A stretch of DNA of 46,483 bases, taken from positions 12,739,180 through 12,785,662 of the forward strand of contig NC_057749.1 in the NCBI RefSeq assembly GCF_004010195.1. The letters run 5' to 3'. The notes under the pieces are model-generated. The model saw only the letters and a program-made list of their open reading frames with translations. It ran no database searches and was not told where the DNA came from. Made by a program: the position numbers and the translations under genes. Origin of the DNA: Chiloscyllium plagiosum. Lineage: Eukaryota. This document shows positions 37,580-46,483 of this stretch, piece after piece (position 1 is the first letter of the stretch; the number at the start of each line of letters is the position of its first letter).

Positions 37580-38075
37580 TCATTCATGAGATGTTGGTGT
37601 CATTGATTTTATTTCCCTTCTCTGACTGCTGTTGAGAAGGTGGAGGTGAGCTGCCTTCTTGAACTGCTGCAACTCATTGAATATAGATAAACTTACAATG
37701 CTGTCAGAAAGGGAGTTACAGGATTTTAACCTAGTGACACTGAAGGAATGGCAATATCGTTTCAACTCAAGATGGTGAGGAAACTTGTTGATGTACCCAT
37801 TCATCTGCTGCTCTTTTCCTTCTATGATAGAGATTACGGTTCAGAAGGTGCTGTCAAAAGACCCTTGGTGAATGGTGACAGTGCTGCATTTAGTAGACAG
37901 TACACACTGTTGCCATTGTTTGTAGATGGTGGAGTGAGTGAGTATTGAAGATGTTTGGTGTGTCAAGCAGGCTGCTCTGTCCTGGATGCTGTCAAGCTTC
38001 TTGAGTGTTGTTCAAACTGTATACACCCAGGCAAGTGTAAAATCTTCCATCACAATCCTGACCTGTTCCTTGAGG
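37580..38075 (-). mobile_element. 3' end of CR1/L2-group LINE
   Basis: Reverse complement of 29450-29920 (gagctgccttcttgaac...). Confidence 0.8.
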
Positions 38076-38119
38076 ATGCATGATCATGAACATTGGCTGA
38101 AGTTGGCTCACGGTATTAA

Positions 38120-39910
38120 GCAAGAACTTTCGAAAGCTGATTGGGGGCAGATGATCACAGGTAAAGGGATGGCTGGAAAATGGGAAGCCTTCAGAAATGA
38201 GATAACGAGAATCCAGAGAAAGTATATTCCTGTCAGGGTGAAAGGGAAGGCTGGTATGTATAGGGAATGCTGATGACTAAAGAAATTGAGGGTTTGGTTA
38301 AGAAAAAGAAGGGAGCATATGTAAGGTATAGACAGGATAGATCGAGTGAATCCTTAGAAGAATATAAAGGCAGTAGGAGTATACTGAAGAGGGAAATCAG
38401 GAGGGCAAAAAGGGGATGTGAGATAATTTTGGCAAATAAAATTAAGGAGAATCCAAAGGGTTTTTATAAATACGTTAAGGACAAAAGGGTAACTAGGGAG
38501 AAAATAGGGCCCCTTGAAGATCAGCAAAGTGGCCTTTGTGTGGAGCTGCTGAAAATGGGGGAGATACTAAATGAATATTTTGCATCAGTATTTACTGTGG
38601 TAAAGGATATGGAAGACATAGACTGTAGGGAAATAGATGGTGACATCTTGAAAAATGTCTTGCTGAGATATTTGTATAATCGATAGTCACAGGTGAGGTG
38701 CCGGAAGACCAGAGGTTGGCAAACGTGGTGCCACTGTTTAAGAAGGTGGTAAAGACAAGCCAGGGAACTGTAGACCAGTGAGCACGACGAGTTGTTGGAG
38801 GGAATCCTGAGGGACAGGATGTACTTGTATTTGGAAAGGCAAGGACTGATTAGGGATAGTCAACATGGTTTTGTGCATGGGAAATCATGTCTCACAAACT
38901 TAATTGAGTTTTTTGAGGAAATAACAAAGAAGATTGATGAGGACAGAGCAATAGATGTGATCTATATGGACTTCAGTAAGGCATTCGACAAGGTTCCCCA
39001 TGGGAGACTGATTAGCAAGGTTAGATCTCATGGAATACAGGGAGAACAAGCCATTTGGATACAGAACTGGCTCAAAGGTAGAAGACAGAGGGTGGTGGNN
39101 NNNNNNNNNNNNNNNNNNNNNNNNNNNNNNNNNNNNNNNNNNNNNNNNNNNNNNNNNNNNNNNNNNNNNNNNNNNNNNNNNNNNNNNNNNNNNNNNNNNN
39201 NNNNNNNNNNNNNNNNNNNNNNNNNNNNNNNNNNNNNNNNNNNNNNNNNNNNNNNNNNNNNNNNNNNNNNNNNNNNNNNNNNNNNNNNNNNNNNNNNNNN
39301 NNNNNNNNNNNNNNNNNNNNNNNNNNNNNNNNNNNNNNNNNNNNNNNNNNNNNNNNNNNNNNNNNNNNNNNNNNNNNNNNNNNNNNTCCTTCCTATCGGA
39401 AAGATGTTGTGAAACTTGAAAGGGTTCAGAAAAGATTTATGAGGATATTGCCAGGGTTGGAGGATTTGAGCTATAGGGAGAGGCTGAACAGGCTGGGGCT
39501 GTGCTACCTGGAGCATCGGAGGCTGAGGGGTGACCTTATAGAGGTTTACAAAATTATGAGGGGCATGGATAGGGTAAATAGGCAAAGTCGGACTCCCTTG
39601 GGGTCGGGGAGTCCAGAACTAGAGGGCATAGGTTTAGGGTGAGAGGGGAAAGATATAAAAGAGACCTACAGGGCAACCTTTTCACACAGAGTGTGGTACG
39701 TGGAATGAGCTGCCAGGGGAAGTGGTGGAGGCTGGTACAATTGCAACATTTAAGAGGCATCTGGATGGGTGTATGAATAGGAAGGGTTTGGAGAGATATG
39801 GGCCGCGTGCTGGCAGGTGAGACTAGATTGGGTTGGGATATCTGGTCAGCATGGACGAGTTGGACTGAAGGGTCTGTTTCCATGCTATACATCTCTATGA
39901 CTCTATGACT
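38120..39910 (+). mobile_element. CR1/HER1-type LINE ORF2, with assembly gap
   Basis: SQHGFVHGKSCLTNLIEFFEE..DVIYMDFSKAFDKVPH. Tail ctctatgactctatgactc. Confidence 0.95.
39099..39386. other. Assembly gap (N run); second gap at 40976-41006
   Basis: Runs of n. Confidence 1.
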
Positions 39911-40794
39911 CATTGCATGCAATCTTTTAGCCACAGTGCTTCACAATAAACCGAGTAGGGTTATGATGGTCTGTGTTTGGCAAATTAGGTTGAAAATTGG
40001 TTGACAAACACTTTATCCATCTTAATGATTGTACTTTCTTCTAAGCACCCTGCTTTTCCTTTATTATATCCATCTGTGGTCAAGATGCTGTATGTTCAGG
40101 GACTCCAGTCCCCGTGCTACCGTAAAATAAGTGCGAGGATGGCATGATGCACACTTTCCTTGCATCTGGTACGAATTAGTTTAGCTTTCCAGTAGTGACA
40201 GTTAATAACCTTAACTAGTGGGAGGAAAGATTTCCTCATGTCTTATCTGACAAAATTGGAAATCTGTTACAAAGAGGCAGTCTATAGTTTGGTTGAATAT
40301 ATCATGGAAAATAAATCTACCCATAAGAAACATCTCAAGCAATGTTTTTCCTGTTATGTTCCTCCAGAGCTAATTTTCAGTTTTATTCTTGAAATAAACA
40401 TGCTTCATTTAAAAAATACAGTTTCCTATGTAATTTTAGCAGTAATAACATTATGAGAACAGAATAACCCACCAACTCATAAAATTGTTACAAGTAGCAG
40501 CTATTTGACACATTGTGTTTGCACTGGTTCTCCAAGTGAGCATTTCATTTAGTGCCACTCTCTTGCTTTTCCTCATAACCCTGTAATTGTTCCTTTTTCC
40601 GATAGCAATCTAGTTCCCTTTTTAAAGCCTCAATTGAAGTTGCCTCCACACACTCACAAGTAATAAATTGTAGGCCTTATTTGCTATGTGATAAAAGTTT
40701 TTCTAATGTCATTTTTGCTTTTTTTTTTAACCAATTATTTTAAATCTCTGCCATCCCTGATCCCTCACGAATTTGAATACTTATATATGGACTT

Positions 40795-42070
40795 AACAAA
40801 ATAGGAACAGTTCGCCCCTCAGCCATTTCCGCCATTCAATGTGATGATTAGATTAGATTCAATTCCCTACAGTATGGAAACAGGCCTTTCAGCCCAACAA
40901 GTCCACACCGACCCTTTGAGGAGAAAGTGAGGTCTGCAGATGCTGGAGATCAGAGCTGAAAATGTGTTGCTGGAANNNNNNNNNNNNNNNNNNNNNNNNN
41001 NNNNNNCCTCCCCCAAGTCCCTCCTCCCTACCTTTTATCTTTGCCTGCTGGACACACTTTCCTCGTTCCTGAAGAAGGGCTTATGCCCGAAACGTCGATT
41101 CTCCTGTTCCCTGGATGCTGCATGACCTGCTGCGCTTTTCCAGCAACACATTTTCACACCGACCCTTTGAAGAGTAAGCCACCCAGACCCATTCCCCCCT
41201 GACTAATGCACCTCGCACTACGAGCAATTTAGCATGGCCAATTCACCTGACCTACACATCTTTGGATTGTGGGAGGAAATCCACACAGAGGGTCACCTGA
41301 GGCTGGAATCGGACCTGGGTCCCTGTCGCTGTGAGGCAGCTGTGCTAACCACTGAGCTACTGATCTTTTTCTATGTTGGCTGATCGGTTTCTGTTTTGAA
41401 TTCTACATTATTAATTACCTCCAAAAGCTTTTCATTCCCTTGTCTGATAAGAATCTACTTCACTTTGACTTAAGTATGTTCAACCCCATTTCCATAACCA
41501 CCTGAGGCAATGACTTCCAAAATCATACAATCCTCCAAGAGAAAATCTTCCTCCTCATCTCTGTCCTAAAACAGTGAGTCCTAATTTTACACAGTACCCT
41601 GTAGTCTGAACTAACCCATAGAATAAATATCCTTTCCGTGTCCAAGGCTGTCCAGGATATTATACACTTCAGTCAAGTCAGCCCTTACTCTAAATTTCAG
41701 TGAAAACAAGCCCAATCTGTCCAACCTTTCCTCATTAGACAACCAACTCATTCCAGGTGTCAGTCTAGTAAAACTCCCGTGAACCATCTCCAATGCATTT
41801 ACATCCCTCTTTAAATAAAAAAGATCTAAATTGCACACACAGTGTTCAAGGTGTGGTCTCAGGAATGGTTGTACAACTGAAGCAAAACATTCTTACCACC
41901 CCAATGGTTCAACTCTTTTCCTAGTAAAAGGATGGCATGTCATTAGCCTTCTTAATTATTTGCAGCACCTACTTAACTTTCTGCAACTCACGCACAGAAT
42001 ATCTAGATCTGTCATCACCTCGGAATTCTACAACAGCTCTCCAGTAAAGGAACACCCTGCTTTTTCATGC
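40795..42070 (-). mobile_element. CR1 LINE 3' part, interrupted by a SINE
   Basis: LKRDVNALEMVHGSFTRLTPGM..EERLDRLGLFSL. Confidence 0.85.
40847..41362 (-). mobile_element. HE1-type SINE carrying a palindromic PLE-derived insertion (40920-41154)
   Basis: SINE core. 16-bp TSD cacaccgaccctttga (40904-40919, 41155-41170). Confidence 0.88.
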
Positions 42071-42074
42071 TTGT

Positions 42075-42340
42075 TAGAAAGAATGGTCAAGGCAACTGTA
42101 GGAATTAGTGGATTCGGAGTGGACATTGGTAGACATGGAAATAGAGAAGTCAAGAATACAGAAGGGAAAAGTCAGAGCTACATGAGGTGAAGGTGACAGA
42201 CGAATGGAAATTAGAAGCAGAATTGATTAATTTTTCCAACTTCGGTTGAGAGCAGAAAATAGTGCTGACATCTTTGATCAACCAGAAGGAGGATTGTGGG
42301 AAAGGGCCAATTAGGATTGGAACTGGAACAACATGTTTAA
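42075..42340 (-). mobile_element. Penelope RT fragment, old
   Basis: Minus strand LEKLINSASNFHSSVTFT, typical of the PLE RT C-terminal region. Confidence 0.6.
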
Positions 42341-43629
42341 AGTTCCATAGGTTTGTAAACTGTGATGGAAACTATCAGGAAAAGGAAGGAATCCAGTACT
42401 GACCTCTCAGGGACTCCACTACATACCTGTTAGAATTATGAAAAAAATCCATTTACCCTATTACTCAGTTTCCTCTCACTCAGCCAATTCTGTATTCAGG
42501 TTGCTCCTGTCCTTTTATTTCATCTACTATAATTTTGCTTGCAAATCTGTCATGAGACACTATTAAATGTCTTTTGGAAGTCCATGTACAAGATAGCATG
42601 TCCTCATTAACCCTCTTGGTTAATCTTCAGAAAACTCCAGCAAGTTAGTTCGACATGTTTTTCGTTTAATGTAACAATGCTGGCCTCCCATAGTTAATCT
42701 CCATTTGTCCACATGACTATTAATTTTGTCTTGAATTATTGTTTTTACTTGAATGCACGAATATTAACTTCAAAGAAGGAAAGAGCACACATTAAGCCAG
42801 ATGAGTAACTAACAAACTGATTAAAGAAAATCCTAATCATTGGTTTTGAATGGGAAAGATCAATTCCTATTCTATAATCATAGACTTTTTCTAAATGTGT
42901 GGAAGTCGTAAGACGTACCTCTGCGGCCGTCATATCCTGAGGTTGGAGTTGAACTCAGACCTTCTGACCAAGAATTAGGGACACTATCATTGTAACTCAA
43001 GACCCTCACCAGCTATCTCTGAAGATTGTCCAACAACAAAATTTGCTGATTATTTTTTCTTATATTTTCTAAATTCACCTCCATTTTTGATTAAGTAACT
43101 TAAGTTCTGCATGATATCTAAAATCTAGTAATCCTAGTTTTATATTTACTGGTGGTCCATTTTATATTGAAAATCAGAAGTGAGGCTTTTATTATCAATA
43201 TAGAAAGTCTCTTCACCACACACACACCAAGGATGTTTCAAAGTGGATGATTTACAAACAGGATGTAATGTCCACTTGCTTTGTTTTTCTGAAGTCTTGT
43301 AATCTAATTTGAGTCAGTAACTCTCTAACCAACAGATGGATTTAAAAGGCAATTTTATTATTCTTGGAACAGAAGAGAGTGGTGCATTTCTTCATTCAGA
43401 AATATGAGGTTGGGGGAGCATTCCCATGGGTGAATGACAAACTAACTTCCCACGTTCAGGATTAAGTAGGCAGCCATTAAGGGAATGATGATAATGATTG
43501 AGGACTACATTAGAACTCCACAGAGGCTGGTCTCCTGTCAATAAGTCACCTTTTATTTACATATGATAGTACTTGATACTGGTCTGGCTTCCTCAGAGCC
43601 AGCTCTCAGAATAAGCAGAACCTCTGACT

Positions 43630-43642
43630 CTCCTGTTTATAT
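43630..43642 (-). promoter_or_regulatory. TATA box of Gypsy LTR (ATATAAACAGGAG); AATAAA about 80 nt downstream
   Basis: Minus-strand TATAAA followed by AATAAA near 43552-43557, the usual LTR order. Confidence 0.6.
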
Positions 43643-44254
43643 CCGTCAGCTAGGGTTCCCTGACTGGACCAGGTTAACAGCCCCAATCAGGGAACTTATA
43701 TGCTATGAGGTCCACCAGGCTGACCTTGTTTCAATCACCAGATCCCTCCCCCAACAAGTCTAGGGACGTGGGCCTATTCTTTTTCTTGTAGCATCTCCTG
43801 GGTATTTTTGCACTGGATCTGGTCCCTCCAAATAAGCCTTGGATGTGGGCAATGTGTACTGGACTGTAGCCTGCCTGTTGTACCTGGAGCATCTCGGAAG
43901 AAATTCATCCTCTTCTTCAGGTGGTAAAGGCATCAAGGCTGCAATATCCACTGTGTTTATCTCAGACTCAAGCTTCTTCGACACTCGGAGGGGGCGAACT
44001 CACGGGTTCTGACAGCCTTTCCAGCTGTTCCGAGGGGCCGGGTACATTTTGCTCCTCCCCAATTTGAGAGTTGTGGTGCACGTACTTATTCAGGACCGCC
44101 TCACCTACCAGAACTTTGTACATCATGGGACCTGACCACATGTCGACCATGCAGGGCCATTTCCATGGTTTCAGCATCAATCTCTAACTCACTTAGAGGG
44201 GTCTTGTGTCAGCATTGGTGTTCCCATTGCCGTCTCAGCTGTCCCCCCAGCCAT

Positions 44255-44585
44255 TAGGGGTGATGATGCCCTAGTGGAATTATTGCTGGACTGTTAATCC
44301 AGAGATCCAATTAAGTTTCAGATCCCACCATGGCAAATGGTGGAATTTGAATTCAATTTAAAAATAATCTGGAATTGAGAGTCTAATGTTGCATCCATTG
44401 TCAATTGTCAGAAAAACCCATTTGGGTCACTAACATCCTTTAGGGAAGGAAACTGCCATCCTTACCTGCTCTGGCCTACACGTGACTCCAGACCCTCAGC
44501 AATGTGGTTGACTCTTAACTACCCTCTGGGCAATTAGGGATAAGCAATAAATGCTGGCCTAGCCAGCGACATCCTGAACCTGTGA
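44255..44585 (+). mobile_element. tRNA-derived SINE whose tail matches the CR1/L2-group LINE
   Basis: Tail gggataagcaataaatgctggcctagccagc matches the LINE 3' end at 29880-29910. Confidence 0.8.
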
Positions 44586-45976
44586 ATATGTGGGAGCTCC
44601 TGGCAATAGCTTTTGCCCTGTTGGCACTCTGGGCATTGCCCTATCAACACAGCTATATCTGCATTCAATCCTGGCCACCAGGCATAATGTCTCACCAACA
44701 TCTTTATTTTGGACACCCCAGGATGACCCTAGTGGAGTTCAGACAGTATTTGGCAGCAACCTTTGCTCAGGACAATCACTCTTGCTGCCTAGATTAAAAT
44801 GCCATCCTCTGTGGTGATCTGGTCTTACCAGGTCCAGGAAAGATTTTAATTTCTGGTTATGATGCACTTTTATTTCCCCAACACCACCAGCTGTTTTAGT
44901 TTTGCCAGGACCGGAACTTTTTGTCCCCAGTTTGATATTGTCAGCAGTCACCTGGAAGATTAAAACCAGAATGGATTGTTCCAGTGGCAGCACTACCAGT
45001 GATGTATCTGTCAGTGGGAGGCGGCTCAAAGCACTTGCTATTTGGCTTCCCAGGTAGTGTTCCAACTTGTACACCCTTAGGATGAGAGCCCACCGCTGAA
45101 CTAGACCTGAAGCTAAGGGCAACACATCCTTGTCTACTGTGAGTAGCCCTAGCAGGGGTTTTGGTCTGTTATTATTACAGTATTGATGGAATTTTGTCAC
45201 ACCAAAGATGAATGCCAAACCTTTCTTCTCTATCTGGGTGTATTTGTGCTCTGCATCAGACAAAGACCAGAAAGCATACACGGCTGGTTGTTCCTCTCCA
45301 TTGGGCCATTGCTCCAATACCATGCAGAGAGAGACACACCGCATGTCAGCCCAGATCTCGCTTGGGATCATAGTGAGTCACCACTTTATTGATTGACTTG
45401 TTGTTGTCACATGTACAGAAACACTGTGAAAAGTATTGTTTTGCATGCTATTTGGCAGATTGTACCATACAAAGTGCTTCAAGGTAGCAGAACAAAATGT
45501 AGGGATACAGTGTTACAGCCACTGAGAAGGTGCAGAGCGAGAGATTAGAATTAACATTTGAGAGGTACATTCAAAAGTCTGATAACAGCGAGGAACAAGC
45601 TATTCTTAAATTGATGATGGCTGCTTTTTCACTTCCTTAAAGGCTACATCTTGGCTATGAGACCATTTCCAAGGCTGACCCATTTTCAATTGCAGTTGTA
45701 AGGGTGTCAAGATGGAGCTCAGGTTACATATTAACTTTCTATTATAATTCACCAATCCACGAAAAGTACCTAGGCTCCGGTACAGATGTGGGAGCCAGGG
45801 CACCTTTGATTGCCTCACTTTATCTTCCTAGGGGTGTAACCCAGTCTTGTTGATTCTGTAGTCCAAGTAGGTTACTTGGGGTGTGTGGAACACAATTTGT
45901 TCCCTTCTAAGGCATATGCCCATCATGGAGAAATGTCAAGTTCTCCAAGTGCTCTTTATTGGTCTTCCCTGTAATT

Positions 45977-46483
45977 AGGAGAAGGTGAGGACTGGAGCGC
46001 CCCCCCCACCCCCAGCCCACACTCAGCACCTTCTCTGCCACTGCAGGAAGTCCACAACCTGTGCCCACACCATTCCCCTCACCTCCAGCCAAGGCCCCAA
46101 AGGATCTTTCCACATCTGACAGAAATTTACCTGTACCTCCACCAATGTCATCTACTGTATCCATTGCACCCAATGTGGTCTCCTCTTCATCGGGAGACAG
46201 GAAGCTCACTTGTGGATTGTTTCAAAGAACATCTGAGACACTCGCACCAACCAACTCCACTGCCCTATAGCTGAACATGCAGGCCCTGGGCCTCCTCCAT
46301 CGCCAAACCATTACCCACCCGACGCCTGGAGGCATAATGCCTCATATACCGCCTTGGGACCCTACACCCACATGGGATCAATATGGATTTCACCAGTTTC
46401 CTCATTTCTCCTCCCACCACATTATCTCAGTCTCAAGCCTCCAACTCGGCTCCATCCTCCTGACCGATCACCCTTCCCATCTA
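45977..46483 (+). mobile_element. Penelope-like element GIY-YIG/3' region (runs off window)
   Basis: NVIYCIHCTQCGLLFIG, and RLGTL.PHGINMDFTSF-like C-terminus. Confidence 0.85.

Larger units (their letters stand above)
43508..45975 (-). mobile_element. Gypsy LTR retrotransposon, same family as 5079-12691; 3' LTR uninterrupted
   Basis: LTR about 43508-43741 homologous to 5079-5204 plus 7987-8090. Polypurine tract 43742-43752. RNase H SLSDAEHKYTQIEK, integrase-adjacent RHYAWWPGL..CPECQ, RT GTFRGLVNY. Confidence 0.9.

Noticed and set aside
38792..39585. Long ORFs of 129-206 aa
   Set aside because: Inflated by the N gap. The real part is CR1 RT.
45380..45605. Short insert within the second Gypsy, possibly another LINE 3' UTR
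   Set aside because: Interrupts pol, but I cannot assign a family or TSD with confidence.

Overview
Vertebrate non-coding DNA, almost certainly from a shark or other cartilaginous fish, judged from the HE1-type SINEs, CR1/HER1-type LINEs and Penelope-like elements (PLEs). I found no intact protein-coding gene. Nearly all listed ORFs are retroelement fragments or chance frames. The window is a nested stack of CR1 LINEs, a second CR1/L2-group LINE with its partner SINE, two Gypsy LTR elements of one family, PLEs and their palindromic hammerhead-bearing derivatives, a pogo fossil and MITEs. The standout is 5197-7998, where a Gypsy LTR is split at its TATA-box position by a polarised tandem array of 5'-truncated, poly(A)-tailed Tx1-clade insertions. 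Each insertion regenerates the same 12-bp target (AGACTCCTATTC). Some carry a second target variant (CTCCTGTTTAT) and a SINE head, which suggests copying from arrays at other loci. Other notable items are an orphan, frameshifted P4HB/PDI-like exon 1 with its splice donor beside the pogo fossil, intact minimal hammerhead ribozymes in a 172-bp inverted repeat, and a CpG-retaining island at about 17.1-18.6 kb. Boundaries were read by eye and are approximate unless a TSD is quoted.
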